DNA of 63,990 nucleotides, filler included, from Hyphochytrium catenoides (taxonomy: Eukaryota > Protista > Hyphochytriomycota), in assembly GCA_900088475.1 (NCBI GenBank). It is 14 parts of 14 records of this genome, joined end to end, with 100 filler letters (N's around TTAATTAATTAA, not from the genome) between each part and the next. Parts side by side here need not be neighbours in the genome. Positions count along the whole stretch, not along the records: positions 22,749 to 32,954 come from FLMG01001273.1; positions 33,055 to 36,576 come from FLMG01002876.1; positions 36,677 to 40,978 come from FLMG01004470.1; 11 more parts are not named here. One strand, given 5' to 3'. Within the stretch, counting starts at the first letter, position 1; each line of letters opens with the position of its first letter. Below, piece after piece: positions 22,988 to 36,719 of the stretch. The notes under the pieces were generated by a model. It was not told the DNA's origin. It was given only the letters and a program-made list of their open reading frames with translations, and did not search any database. A program made the translations under genes and the position numbers.

Positions 22988-24882
22988 CCCTGTAACTCAG
23001 TTGCTAGGCTGCTCGTTCTTACATGTGTGGTGTCAATGTTATGGAAGACAGGGAAGTGCTGTGGCCTCGTGTTCACCGACATCACGACCTCTTCTAAGGA
23101 CGTGTTACCTGCCCTTTCTCCAATACCTATGATCAATAACGGCGGAGCGCGCGAGAGCTGAGATTTTAGGAAGGACGCAAAGCAAGGAAGGACGCAAAGC
23201 AGAGAAGAAAGCAAAGAGTCGATTTGGCATAGGGAAAGATGGGGCTCCAAAGCAAAGGTCGTTCGACGAGAGGATCGGCCACACAAAGTCAACATCCCTT
23301 ACCGTTGAGCGTCACTTCGACTTGACGAGCGCCATGCTGGATTCCAGAGAGAGTATTCGCCGTAGCCAGTCCTAGGTCTGAAGGCGGGAAGAGACAAAAG
23401 TATGACAGAGAGAGAGGAAAGAGAAATTAATAAAGTGGTGCTTCCCTTAGTGGTGAGGTCTTCCCAACATACCGTTGTGGCAATGCGTGGAGAAGATGAC
23501 GTTCTCTGCGCCCCGCGTATTCTCCTTCAGGTGCTTGATAAGCCCTCCATACTCGTTAGGCACGGTATAGCCCACAGTGTCAGGGATGTTCAGAGTCTTG
23601 GCGCCTGCAGCTATCACCTGCGGTAGAGAAGAAGCCCGTAAGGATATGAAACCATTTCTTCTTATGAAACCATTCCTTCTTCCCTTTCCACTCGCTCTGC
23701 ACATTCTCCCTGCTCCCTTCTTCGATTCTTCCCTTCCTTCCGCTTCCTCATCTGACGTATGGCCTTCCCATTTGCTTTACCTCTGCGAGCACTTCACAAA
23801 GGAAATCTGGGTCACTTCTCCCAGCGTCTTCTGGAGAGAACTCGACGTCATCGCAGAGACTGCTAGCGTATTTCACTGCTGCTACAGCCTGCAAATGGAC
23901 ATATGCATAAGCAAGATAAGCCGATGGGCAAGGTAGACACTGGACTGTCCAAGGGAGCCACGTAAGGTATGATAGAACCATCATGCGAGCGGGACGGTAG
24001 ACCCAAGAATATTGAGAAGACCGTGACCTCACCTTCTCGATGCACTGGTCTCTGGTGATCTTCAATTTGTACTTGAGATGGATGTCCGAGGTGGCGAGGA
24101 AAGTGTGGATTCTGTGCTTTGGTGCATGCTTGACAGCCTCAAAGCTGCAGGTGGCAATGTTGGTCCAAGAAGGGTCCGCATGAGAATAATAATAAGCCAG
24201 CACGATGAGGAGAGAGAGAGAGAGAGGAAGACGGAACTGAAAGAGTTAGACCAATGGCGAGTAATGGTGCTAGAGCAAGAAAGGCCCACATGATAGAGGA
24301 ATTACTCAGGCCAGTTGAAAGGGAAAGGAGGACATCCAGCTAAATGTGAGGAGAGCGACGGACCATCTATGAATGTCTTTCTCTGACGCCCGGGAAAGCC
24401 CACAGATTGTCATGGGGCCATGCTTCCTGTTATAAGTTAAGGGACCAATCTCCTGAGCAATTGCTGACACAGCGTCAAAGTCTCCCGGTGAAGCGATTGG
24501 GAAGCCCGCTTCACATACATCAACGCCCATAGCACTGCGTAAGAAGCGACGTCAAATTTCGTCCAAGACAGAAAGAAGCGTCATACGACTACCTAAGTGC
24601 TCTTGCAATGTCAAGCTTCTCCTTGAAGTTGAGAGTTGCCCCCGGTGACTGCTCGCCATCTCTAAGCGTGGTATCTGACGAGAGCATGGGCCCATTAGAG
24701 ACCTGAGGACAGAAGAGAAAAGCAAGAATAGCGAAGAAGGACTGTTCCTTTCAGGCCTTACCAAAGATAACCAACTTCTCTTTTTTTAGATCTTTAGCGC
24801 CCACCGCAGCGCTAGAGAATGGCCGAAGAGCAGGAGTAGCCCTTGCTAGGCGTAAGAGTTCCTTCGCACGCATTGAGAGCAT
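22749..24882 (-). CDS. leuA: 2-isopropylmalate synthase with mitochondrial-type presequence (3'-partial)
   Basis: [24 protein letters not shown] (Arg-rich presequence), then [72 protein letters not shown] and GIGERAGN across GT-AG exons. Confidence 0.96.
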
Positions 24883-26481
24883 CTTTCACTTTCTACACGC
24901 TAACAAAACCCGCGAGGATGTATCTTCCGTCTAAGCGTATCGTCCAGACCAATAATCCCAAGGTTGAGGACAGCGCAACTGCCGGGACAATAGCGATCAG
25001 AAGATTGCTAGCTCACAGCAGTAGCAACTTGGCAACTGTTTGAGAATAGAGGTTGCCCTTACAGCGCCTGGCTCTGACAAGTTCCCCTTCTACGCTCTCC
25101 CCTGTTGACTCTGGCCCTTGCTGAGAGCTCTCGTTCGGTTGGCGCTGCCTTCAAGAGCGAGCGGCGCCTGACCAAAGAGCTAGGCTATGCGGCGGCGGGC
25201 GGTGGGCGGCGGGCCAAGTAATTGAAGCGGCGAGGACACGGACAACAGGAATATTCTCATGCGCACCAACAGCGCTTCAGAGCTATGTGCGCTATAGACC
25301 CACGTCCCTCCCTTCCCAAACACACAAAAGACTGCTGTGGGAATTATATGGATTCTATAAACTAACAAGCTCTTCCAAGAGTGTGAGGGAGCCACACTTT
25401 GTGCGCAGAAATGTGGAAGAAGAGGAAGAGGCGAAAGTCATAGTAGTACCCCATCATCGTTGTCATGTGCCTGTGTAATTTTATGAACTAAGGCGTAGTA
25501 AGAACTCTACACCTTCAACAAATATCCCTTCAGAACCGAATGCAGTTCTCTCCAATAAACTATCAGGAATGCTAAAACTCTTTTCAACCTTATCGGAAAT
25601 AAATTTTGACCCAATTACCGATCACTCCGTCCATAAGATTTTCCTGGGATTCTGAAGCTTCTGAGAGTCCGTCCGCCGCCCGCGGAATCTTCGTCAGGGA
25701 GCAACAGCAGCAGCATCTGCAGACATGACCAGACGTATAAAAAGCTGAGCTTTGGTCGTTATAACTGATCCTCCCTAACCGTAAGAGACCTACAACTACC
25801 TTTGATGCGTGTTGTGAGGAACTAAATGGCCTTTGGAAGGAAGGTTTTTTAAGCTAAACCACTCGTATGGGAAGAAGTTGTCTGCATTGGTAAGGATAGC
25901 CACCGGCCTGGCTTCCTTGCCGGAAGACGACGGTTCAGGGCCCTGCATTAGAAACGCCATTTCCTTTGAGGAACCTATCCTACAAGAACATGAATGCGTT
26001 TGAGCCATCATTATAGAAGACCAGAGGACAGTTGTGAGGATCTCTGACGTTAGGAACAGGTCTGAAAACGGGTCAATTTGCTAAACGCGACGCCCAAATC
26101 CTTCCTTTGAGTCACGGGCATAGCTGCTACTTCCAGCTGGCTCTGAGCTGGGGTAGACCGTTCTTGGTATCAGAGATTGTAACAACTATCCTCTGGTCCT
26201 TTTGATTGATGGGTGGTGTAACCCTAGAGTCCCATACACATACAAAGGTATAAATAAGTGGGGTTCCGACGAAGCCCTGTCTGCCCGAACTTCATGATGG
26301 TCAAAAACTTGGTTTCTGGCTCCCATCTTCATTTTTTCCTTGTCTTATTTTCTCTGTGATCATTATTAGAGCTTCTGTTATAAAGAAGCTCTACCTGTAC
26401 AAGCCTACACTAGAAAAGAAAGGAGATCAGAAGGCATATACAGTGTATCCTCCTGCACTTTTCTCATCTGTCGTCCATTTA

Positions 26482-26781
26482 TTCTTCTTCTTCTCCAAGC
26501 GTACCAGCAGCGAAGAAGCAACAGACGCGCAACGTCTCGCGGCGCAATGAAGATTATTGGATAAGATGCTATTATAATGGGGGAAGAGACAACAACGAAG
26601 CCCAAGTCGTCCCTATGCTGAGTGCTTCTGATCGTGATGTTTTCTATTCTTCTTCAAGCGTCGCAGCAGCAAAGCAACGGACGACGGCGTTTCACGCAAC
26701 AATGAAGATTAATGGCTAAGATGCTAGCTAGATCTAGAACTACGTGGTGGGAAGAAGAAGAAGACAACAGCTGAGTGCTTC
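26482..26781. repeat. Degenerate ~165-bp tandem duplication, intergenic
   Basis: Shared blocks cttc..caagcgt..cagcagc..aagcaac..caatgaagatta.tgg.taagatgcta..aagagacaaca..gctgagtgcttc occur twice, from ~26482 and ~26648. Confidence 0.75.
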
Positions 26782-27024
26782 ATACTACATTTGATGTTGA
26801 GATATCTTGATAACCAAGACGACCAAATCACTGGTTATCGAGCAGGGTTGGTTAGCTTAACGGCTAGTCCAACGGCTTCCCGTGAGCTTTGTCCACCCTT
26901 CATCACTCTTCTGCGATTCTGATCCATCATCATCTTCCTCTCTCCTCTCTTCTTTGTCTCTCTCTCTCTCCACCTCGCTCCTCACACACGCTCTCTCTCT
27001 CTCTCTCTGTCCCACTCTCTCCCC

Positions 27025-27064
<40 letters not shown>

Positions 27065-27323
27065 TTTTCCTGTACGTGCTCGCTCTCCAAGTCTTGGCTT
27101 CTTTATGTGTGTCTACCAATATACCAATACTTCTTCCTTGTGTCCTTCATCATCTACGAACGGTCCCAACTTTCTACCTTTCGGCCAACGTACCACTTCG
27201 GACCCTTTCCTGTCTCCATCGATCAGTGGGCGGAGGCAGCAGCAGCAGCAGCAAAATCCTCTTCTCCTTATCTTAGAAAGGGTTCCAGCCTCTCCCAGGC
27301 ACGGCCTTGCATTGCAGCGGCTG

Positions 27324-27666
27324 ATGAGTGATCCTGCCTTCCCGGAGGAACAGCCGGAGGGCAGTGGACAGTCTCTCGGCAAGGAGGAACGACCTGCAAT
27401 GACCTCTGCCAAGGCTGTCGACGCGCTGCAGAAGCTGAGCCTTACAGAAGAGGATGATGACGAAGACCTGGTCTCCGAGAACGATGACGAGGACGATCCG
27501 GTTGAGTTGGGGTTTGCGACGCCCTGTCCGCCTTTGGAGTCCGACGAGCCGGAGATGTTTGCAGATTTGAACTGGAAAGACTGGGACGGAGGCAGAATCG
27601 GGGGCCAGCCGGTGAGACAGAGTCCGCATAGTGTCTGACATTCTCTCTCTCTCTCTCTCCCTCCCT

Positions 27667-27727
<61 letters not shown>

Positions 27728-27748
27728 CTCGCTGACACTTTTCCTCTC

Positions 27749-27784
<36 letters not shown>

Positions 27785-28017
27785 CTCGCTGACACTTTTT
27801 CTCTCTCTTGTCTCTCCCTGTCTCTTTCCCCTCTACCACTCCGTCCCTTTGTTATCTCTTTGAATCTCTGTCTTCCTTCTCTGCATTGCATGATCAGAAT
27901 ATCCTCCAGCATTCTTCGGCAGCCATTCTTTGCATCTCTTGCAGTCGGTCTTTTCGCGTGCTTGCCTCTCTCCACATCGGTTCTTCTTCTCTAACACGCA
28001 CACACTCTCTCTTTCTC

Positions 28018-28060
<43 letters not shown>

Positions 28061-28420
28061 CTGTCTGTTAGTTCTGGCTGGACCCTCGGGACATCCCATT
28101 CGCGGAGGACTTGCAATGCTCTGTCTGTCAGAGACGCATGCAGTTTGTGCTTCAGGTGCCTATGTCTCTGACTGGAGAACCACATCCTTCCTTTGCCGCC
28201 ACGTTCGGTTGGACAATGGAGTCTTTCGTCCACTCTTGTGTCACCCTCCCTCTCTTTTTCTCTAAACCTCTTTTTACCTTTGCCGCACCTCTCGGTCTTT
28301 TGTTTCACGTCTCTATTCCGTCGTCTGGCCTCTCTCTCCCTTCTCCCCACTCTCTCTCTCTCTCTCTCCACGTTGTTGTCTCTCTCCCGACCTCCTCCAA
28401 CTTCTGCGGCCTCTCCCTGT

Positions 28421-28459
<39 letters not shown>

Positions 28460-30688
28460 GTCTCTTCTCTCTCTCCAATTCTCTCTTCCCTACTGAATCT
28501 CTGATGATTACGCTTGGCCTTTACTCTCCAACAGATCTACTGCCCTCTGGACGACATCCCTGGAGCCTTCCACAGAATGCTTTACATCTTCGCTTGCGAT
28601 GGGAGTGACTGTGCAGAGGGCAAGAAGTGAGACAGCTTTCCTTTCTTTGCAAATTTTAGCACGCAAGATCTGCGCCTCCCTCCTATCTTTCTCCTGGACA
28701 GCACATTTCTTCTCTCTATCTCTTTCTCAAGCTTCCTTCCTCTTCTTCTCTAAAGTGCTAAAGCGAACTCTTGTTGGGCTGACGGCTAGGCCATCAAATT
28801 CCTTCTGGTTGTCGCTGCTTGCTGTTCTTTATCATGAAGTCTCATTGCTGCGTGCTCAGTGTAAAGGCTTTTCGCTGTCAGCTACCTCGCAAGAATCATT
28901 ATCTTCCTGAGGACCCTGAAGAGAAGCAAGGCAAACGCGGAGCTGCGAAGGAGGAAGGTCCTACTTTCTGTTCGTTGTGCGGTCAGAGAGCATCTCAGCG
29001 CTGCGGCCAGTGCCGGCAAGCGGTTTATTGTTCTAAGGATCATCAAAAGGAGCACTGGAAGGCTGGGCACAAGGCTGATTGCTCTAGTTGGTGAGGACTG
29101 AGCCTCTTTTCCGGTCTCCGGAATTGGGCGTAGCACTCTTTGTCTGTCCGCGCTTCCTCCTTCCTGCTTTTTTAGGAACGATCAGGCCCCTTGCTTGTCT
29201 TTTATGCTCTTCCTCTGTCTTCTCTCACTTCCCTTTGCCTTGGTCACCTGTGCTTGCCCTTGCCCACAGTTTAGAAGCGGGAAAGTTGGTGCAATCTCAG
29301 GAGACCGTTGCTGCAGTGCGAAAGGGGACCCGAACGCTCCTTCCCAGCCTCGAGATTTTCATAGAGACAGAGCCGGAAGACAAGCTTGAGGCTAGGTAGG
29401 CCAGTGAGCGGGGGGATATATGAGGAACAACGAGGGAGGCAAGAATACGGCAGTACAGGTGAAAAGAGTCTTGTCTGAAAAGCTAGCAGATTGATCGGGG
29501 GAAAATAGGCTGCAAAGAGACAAGAGGCATGCTAGTTTGAGGATCCAATAGCCGCTACCGAAGATGGTAAAAGGCATAGTGGGAGGGGGGTGCACCAGCT
29601 AGACTTGAGCAGAGGAACAGAGGTAGAGTGGCCTGTCGATTTCCATGGCAGCGTGGCTCTAAAGATCTATTCTTTACCATTATGAAGTGAGAAGCGGCAC
29701 TTGGAGGCCCTGCAAGGTGGAGATGGCGATCCAGACCATGAGGTTGGAGAGCTAGACCTAAACCAGAAGGAGCTGAATGAGCTGCTTGGGGTCGGGGGAG
29801 CGGAGGACAAGAATAGAATCTACTTTCAGTCGCGCACAGCCAGGGCGCCAGGACAGGTTCTCAGGTAATCGTTTAGCGTGAGAACCGGACAGACTGCCAC
29901 AGTGGCCTTTGATCATCTACGCATATCAGGGCAAAGGAGGCTAGGGTTCCCCTTCTTTTAGGCCAGTGTCGAAGTCCTCGCTAGGCCTTTTGTTCCGCAA
30001 TGTCTGACTACGGCATCTGCTCTCACATGGCATGGCAGGTACTCGCGATGGAATAACAAGCGGCCTTTGTGGGTGAACTCCACAGAGATCCCGTCCGAGG
30101 CCCTGGGAGACATCCCAGCCTGTTCCCATTGCGGAGCACCGAGAGCTTTTGAGTGTCAGGTCAGATTGCAAAGTAAACAAAGCCTAGGGGAGAGAGAGAG
30201 AGAGAGACGCACACCGGATCGCGCGGGGCGAACGTAATATTTAGCTCTGTAATGATGGTCTCGCGGGTGCAAAGGCTAATGACCCGCAAGAGCTGTGGAC
30301 TGCCCCGCGAAGATCAAGGAAGAAAGGAGGTCATTCGATGCCCTGGCACGGGGATCGATGACAGAGCCGCATTAAGAAAAGGAATAGAGGAAGACGGAAG
30401 GGCCATGAAGAGGAGAACGAGCAAGTAGAATATACTGACGAGCCTTCTCTCTAGGTAATGCCTCAGCTCCTCTACTATCTCGGAGTAGAGAGACGAGGGT
30501 CAGCGCTCGACTGGGGCACTTTGGCAGTTTACACCTGCACGAAGAGCTGCTCTCCGTCTCTCTCGCCATCCTCCTCTCATTACTTAAAGGAGTTTGTCTG
30601 GCGGCAGTCTCCTCCGCGTATGAAGAACGAAAGGAAAGAAGAGAATAGCTCGGAGAGTCTCTCTCTCTCTCAGCAAAGGGAAAGCTGA
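27324..30688 (+). CDS. PDCD2: Programmed cell death protein 2 (MYND zinc finger, PDCD2_C)
   Basis: VELGFA, GGRIGGQP|FWLD, CSVCQRRMQFVLQ|IYCP..AFHRMLYIFAC, VKAFRCQLPRKN, MYND CSLCG..CGQCRQAVYCSKDHQKEHWKAGHKADC, PGQVLR|Y, CSHCGAPRAFECQ|VMPQLL, LDWGTLAVYTCTKSC and EFVWRQ. Confidence 0.95.
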
Positions 30689-31158
30689 AAGAAGTAGAGA
30701 ATTCCTCGGATGACAGAGACGCAGCTGCCTAGAACCAGAAAGAGAGAGGGAGAGAGCGAAGGCTTTGCAGGCAGGAAGGACAGATTGCTTCATCGTGCCT
30801 CAAGTCTAACGAAAGAATCGGGAAAAGCGGGGTAAAGGCTCAGAGCCGTCTACTCAGACCGGCTGAAGGCCAAAGCAAAGTATGCCAATGCAAGAGAGAA
30901 AGAGAGCTTTATTACTCAGAGAAGAAGGAAAAGGGTTGCAAAGAGACACAAAAGAGGGAGAGAGGGCCAGGCAAGCCTTTCGTCCTCGCCAGCTCTTCCC
31001 TCCCAACCGGCGGACGCTCACACGGCCAGGAAACAGCGGGAAGAGCAGAGATTCTTCTAAAGAGGCGACGAGCCAAAACAGAGAGAGAAAGAGAGGGAGA
31101 GAAGAGAGATTGAGAGATAAATATGAGCAGCCCTGCGCAGTCTAACGCTTGCTGATGT

Positions 31159-32549
31159 TTACAAGTTAACAGAGCGCATTCGAGCGGGACTGCTTCTCTC
31201 TGAACTCTGAAGATTAGCTTCCACGATCGACTTCCATTCACTCTGCAGCATACGCGTCTCCTGTCTTTCTTTCTCTTCCTGCTTCCTCTTCTCCGCCTCT
31301 TCTCTTTCTCTCTTCTCTCTCTTTCGCTTCTCATACAGCCTTGTCTTCTCGTCAAGGCGGTCGAAGACAGTCTGCCTGCGCTTGCTGTTCATCATTGCGG
31401 AGAAATGGTGTAACTCTTGCAAGAAGGCTGCGTAGTCAAAGTCTGGGTCCGTCTTCGCTCTCTTGAGCATCTCTTCCTTCTGGAGCAAGTGTTTCTTTAT
31501 CTTCTTCTCTCTTTCTTCTCTTTCTCCCTCTGACAGCTCGAAGAGCTGTGGAAGTGCTCCTCTCTCCTTGATGTCAAAGTAGAATGTGGTCAGCAGCCTT
31601 TCTTTAGTTCTTCTCTCACGCTCTCTGTCTTGCGTTCTCTTCTGTTCTCGTCGTTCCTTCTCTTTCGGCTTCTTCTCTCTCTTCAATCTTGCTAGCACGT
31701 TCTAGTAGACAGAGTTCCGGGTTAATAGGAGTCAACACGCACAGAGAGAAAGAGAGAGAGAAGACTCTTGATCGCCAAGAAGGAAGACGAGACCAAGTAG
31801 CGCAGCAGATGGAGCTAAGAGTCAGAGAGATAGCAGGAGTCATCCACCTGCAGAGAGAGAAGCGAGAGGGATCTGGAGAAGGTGAAAGGGAGGAAGAGAG
31901 AAAGACGTTGAAAAAGAAAGGGAGAGAGAGACACATATAGCTTCCAACAAACAGAGCTGAGAAATAGGCAGAGAGAGAGGCACACAGAGAGACACAGAAA
32001 GAGAGAGAGAAAGCGAGCTAGGTGAAGAAACTGTGAAGCTTATTGAGAGAGAAACGAGATGAGAAGAGAGAGAGAGAGAGAGAGAGGAGACGTAAGGCGA
32101 GGAACCTGTATGAAGAGCTCGCAAGATGCTGTTTGGATGTCTGTGTACTCCTTCTCTCTCTCCGTCCACTCTGCCAACGCAGCCTCATAGACGCGGTACA
32201 TGCGGACTCCCCACTGAGGAGAGGAAGAGAAGGCTTATCAGGACCAAGGTTACATGGAAGAAGAGAGAGAAAGTGGAGAAGAGAAGACACAAGAGATCGG
32301 AAATAGAAAGGGGTAAATTGACTAAAGAGAGAGAGAGAGAGAGAGAGAGAGNNNNNNNNNNNNNNNNNNNNNNNNNNNNNNNNGAGACAGAGAGAGAGAG
32401 AGAACTGTCTGGGCAAGATTTCCAAGGTGTTCCACCTTGACGACATCTTCAGTGTCAAGCCTAAGACTGCTGTCCTGAAGCTTGTGAGAGACAAGTGCCA
32501 CCGCGCCCTCAATAGAGCTAAACGGATTGCCGTGCACCGCAAACCTAAC

Positions 32550-32580
<31 letters not shown>

Positions 32581-32954
32581 GAAGAGAGAAAAAGAAAGAA
32601 CCCCGTCAGTCAGAGGAGTGTGAGGACGAGGTGATGATTACGGAAAGGAAGGAGGAGAGAGGCTACCTGAGAAAAGAGAGCATCGTAGTTGGACAGAGAA
32701 AGAAAATGGAGAGACGATGCTGAGCTAAGGAGAATAATAAGTGAAAGAAGGACTGCCAGAAGAGAGAGAGAGAGTAAGAGCAAGAAGGACAAAGAGGGAC
32801 ACAAAGACAGATTATAGCAATGCTACCCGCTAAGCATATAGGATCAGCGGAAGAGAGAGAGAGAACGAAGAAAGAGAGAGACCTTTCCATCTCCATAACT
32901 GCGCGCATGATGCTCGGTGGGATTGCCTGGAGACGATTGTGTTGGAGATCCAAG
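31159..32954 (-). CDS. Leucine-rich-repeat protein with charged C-terminus (5'-partial)
   Basis: LDLQHNRLQAIPPSI (LRR consensus), then |RFAVHGNPF (LRR cap), WGVRMYRVYEAALAEW and a long Glu/Lys/Arg-rich last exon. Middle splicing is partly uncertain. Confidence 0.6.
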
Positions 32955-33311
32955 NNNNNNNNNNNNNNNNNNNNNNNNNNNNNNNNNNNNNNNNNNNNTT
33001 AATTAATTAANNNNNNNNNNNNNNNNNNNNNNNNNNNNNNNNNNNNNNNNNNNNCCCCGTGCCCAGCGATATTTATATAGCGATCGTTGCCAAGGCTGGA
33101 CCCCGGGCCACGCCCGAGGTAATCGGAGCGATAGAGGATCTAAATCCGGTTAGTACGACGAATATGAGTCTTCCTTGCTAGCTGTTCTCTCTTTACTCGT
33201 CTGTTTCGATTTAGCCTCTCTCTCTTTGTGTCTTTCGTTTAGCGTGGGGTTAATAAAGCGAGTGTGGAGAGTGGTTGGAAGATGAAAGTTAGCACGCTTA
33301 CCGACCTTCTC

Positions 33312-33342
<31 letters not shown>

Positions 33343-33345
33343 CTT

Positions 33346-33388
<43 letters not shown>

Positions 33389-33641
33389 TTCTGTCTCTCT
33401 CTCTCTCTCTCTCTCTTTTGAATCCTTTAGCTGCCTTGGTGTCGCTTGTGTCTCTAACGACTTCTAAACTGTACATGCTACAATCCTATGCAGCACCTAG
33501 TGACGAAAGAGACAGATATTTATTGGAAACATCGGGTTGGTACGTTCGCGAGCTCTTCCTGGCATCATACCACTGACGGGCCAACATAAGACATGGAGTG
33601 TGACTGACGATCTATCGATGTGTCAACCTTGCTGCGTTTAG

Positions 33642-34055
33642 AGGCCGAGTTTCCCAAGCGCCAGATAATTGCCCCTGAGTGTGAGATCATCCACGTCTTG
33701 CTGGGCTACAAGGAGGTAAGAGCTTAGAAGAGCGAGGTTGAGAGCAAACAGAGGAAAGATCAACGAGAGAAAGACACTCTAACCTTTTTCACTGTCAGCA
33801 GGAACTGGAAAAGCACCTAGCAGAGAACGAAGTCCATGATCAGGAGTTCATTGTCTCTGTTCTTGAGGTAAAGCGAGAGCCTAGTTTTCCGCTAGCATAA
33901 GAGACTCAAAGTCTACCTTATGTAGGTGCTAAGGGAGCTTCCGATCACACTTCACAGCTTAGAGGAGACTGGCATGGGAAGAGTGGTTGGGAGGCTGCGC
34001 AAGCTCAAGGCGGACAGGATAAGAAGGCAAGGTGGATGATAGAGTCTGCCAGAGA

Positions 34056-34121
<66 letters not shown>

Positions 34122-34443
34122 CAAAACAGAAAGGGAAAGAAACAGATATGGAGCGGAGGGAAAAGAGAAAGAGGATATGTCTCCTTATGTTACCGTTACC
34201 ACTGGCAGGGTGGCCTGTGACTTGATTAGTGAGTGGAAACTCCTTCTAACTGCGTCATTGAGGAGGAACGAAGGTGCGAAAGCCATTCAACGCTCCGTTC
34301 TTATCCCTTGTCCACTCTGGCTAACCGAAACTCTACCGTCAATCTGTGATCAGAGTCTGAAGCAGCTGCTCATCGCCGAGCTGCCTTCAGGAGAGATCGG
34401 ATGTCAGAGTACATCACAAGCTGGAGGGACCTTTATGAGGTGA
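33642..34443 (+). CDS. TFIIS N-terminal (LW/Med26-type) domain protein; ends uncertain
   Basis: IVSVLE|VLRELPITLHSLEETGMGRVVGRLRKLKADRIRR|VACDLISEWK fits the LxxLxxxxxTxxxLxxTxIGxxVxxLRK..AxxLxxxWK signature. Confidence 0.8.
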
Positions 34444-35599
34444 GAGGTTACAACGTGAAGGGGTACGACGCTTGATGTGCGGAAGTCTGTCAAAGAAATG
34501 AAGGGCAAAGGGAGACGTACAAGTTGATGGCCTTTGCACAATTGTAACAAGCTAAAGGGAAGAGTGAAGCAGAGTAGAAAGAGAAAGGCTAAGCGACCGA
34601 TCCTCGCGCGAAATTAATTGCCACTTGTCGATTCCTAGTTTCTGGTTGCAGAGAGGGAACAGCGGACAGTTCATCTGCAGAAGCGGCTGCGTGAGATATA
34701 TCAGTCCGAAGAGAAAGAGAGACACACGCACAAGATCAGAAGATTGCGGTGAGTCTACCATGACGACAAGAGCCTCTAGTGCTGTTGAAAAGGGTCTCCT
34801 TCTCATTCTTTCTCTGGCGCCGCCCTTTTAAGACTGCGAGAAGCATCAGCAGGAAGCAGTGGACTGCGAGGAAGGGCCAGTAGCACCTATAGCTCAGGCA
34901 GTCAACTCTCTCGAATCAAAGAGGACATCAGGCTGAAAGCCATAGCTCAGAGAAATAAAATGAGATGAAGAGAGAAGAGTTAACCATACCAAGTATTATA
35001 TCTCCACTTAGTTGAACCTGTACAATGCCCTTTCAGACTTTGATCACACAGAGCGCGACAAATGTTTGGACTACAAGGCAGAAGGGATAGACAAAGGATG
35101 GTGCAGGGAGGAAGAGTGTCTCTAATTGTCAATTTGCGCATCCCATAGCTGTTGACAGGGACGCTTCCAGGAGATCTCTGCAGAGAGTTGCATAGAGAGG
35201 TACATGGGCAAGAAATGGGAGACAGACAACAGAAATGGTCTTTATGAAAGGTTACAAATAGACATATGGAGACTGATAGGGTACACGCCACCCGTCCGAG
35301 CGGGCTGAACTTTAAATAGGCAAACGAAGACATTAAACATGAAACAGCAAGGAAGAAAGGGTAGACAGAGCTTCTGCTATTTCCTTTTCCTGGCATGCAG
35401 TCAGAAAAGAGATGCTGTTAATCTGCTTCTTTTTGTCACAGGGATGAGAAGATGCTGGTGGTGATGGTGTATGGTCTTCATTGCCCGAAGAGTCAACGGA
35501 ATACGCATTCTTCTTCTTTGAGGAAAGAGGTACTTTCCCAACAAGCAGGTGGATTGGCCTTTCCCTGCCTATGCTTAGATTCTCGCCCGCACCACCCCT

Positions 35600-36302
35600 T
35601 TCCCTGCTTTGTTGATGTTCCTGGCACTCTCTGTAAATTGGATAGCGTCAAACTCGCTGAAGGCCTCGTCCAACTCTACATTCTGCGCGTAGCCTGTCAC
35701 AGCCTTGACAGNNNNNNNNNNNNNNNNNNNNNNNNNNNNNNNNNNNNNNNNNNNNNNNNNNNNNNNNNNNNNNNNNNNNNNNNNNNNNNNNCAAACTCTG
35801 CCTGACAGCTATTGGCGTCAACCTTCTCGAGAACGCAGATAGAGTAGCTGTACCACCTGCATGAAGATAGGAGAAAGGCGGGAGGTGAGAAAGGAAGAAG
35901 AAAGAGTAGCAGCAGCCGTTAAGAGGACTAAAGAGGGAGGAAGAGGGGATGTGGATGACGTAGGACAGATGCCAACGGGAGGGCCGAGAGAGAACAAGAG
36001 AGTTTAAAAGGAACAGAAAGATAAACCGTGTGCCGGAGAGAAGCAGCGAAACGGTGAAAGAGAGAGAGTGTGTTGACCAACCTCGATTGGGAGGCCCCTC
36101 TAAACGCAGAGACTGCCACGTAGACTTGCAGCAACGTGATGGTGAGAAAGATTGTCGAGAACGCCCAGAGCATGCGGTAGACCATCGAAGTGCGGGACCA
36201 TCGGCGAAGCATCTTCCCCAGGAAGCCGCTGAAGATAATGCCGCAGCAGCGATGCTGTCCAACGGCATGCGACTCTTCAACTTCCACTTTCTCAAGGTCA
36301 CT
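35600..36302 (-). CDS. Hypothetical membrane protein (internal exons)
   Basis: Exon ~36302-36080 has a TM segment (MLWAFSTIFLTITLLQVYVAV) and splices in frame to RWYSYSICVLEKVDANSCQAEF; after the gap, VKAVTGYAQNVELDEAFSEFDAIQF. Confidence 0.4.
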
Positions 36303-36719
36303 CAAACGAGCACCTAGACCAGGAGAAGGGGAGTGAGGGCAGAGTCTAGAAGAGAAAAGGGAGAGAGGACTACCAGGGGAGATGATCCTTGGCGCCACAG
36401 GCTGAGAGAAGACGAGAATCTAGACTCCAAGAGTCCGAAAACATGAGCAACAGCGGACACACGAGAGAGCGAGAGACGAGAGAGAGAGCTCTAAAGCTAT
36501 GGTAGTGGATGATCTCTTACCTTCTCTGACTACGTCAGTCTTCTGCACTGAGATGTCTAACAGTCTTCTCAGCGCANNNNNNNNNNNNNNNNNNNNNNNN
36601 NNNNNNNNNNNNNNNNNNNNTTAATTAATTAANNNNNNNNNNNNNNNNNNNNNNNNNNNNNNNNNNNNNNNNNNNNTTCAAACCCCGGAAGCAACGTCTA
36701 ATACTCAAATCCCATTCAG

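Noticed and set aside
24770-24795. Possible frameshift at the poly-A run in leuA exon 1
   Set aside because: Seven A's keep the frame (GAT CTA AAA AAA GAG AAG TTG).
27630-27800. Repeated ctgaca branch-point-like cassettes in PDCD2 intron 1
   Set aside because: This is a ~57-bp duplication inside microsatellite, far from the acceptor; slippage or assembly artefact is sufficient.
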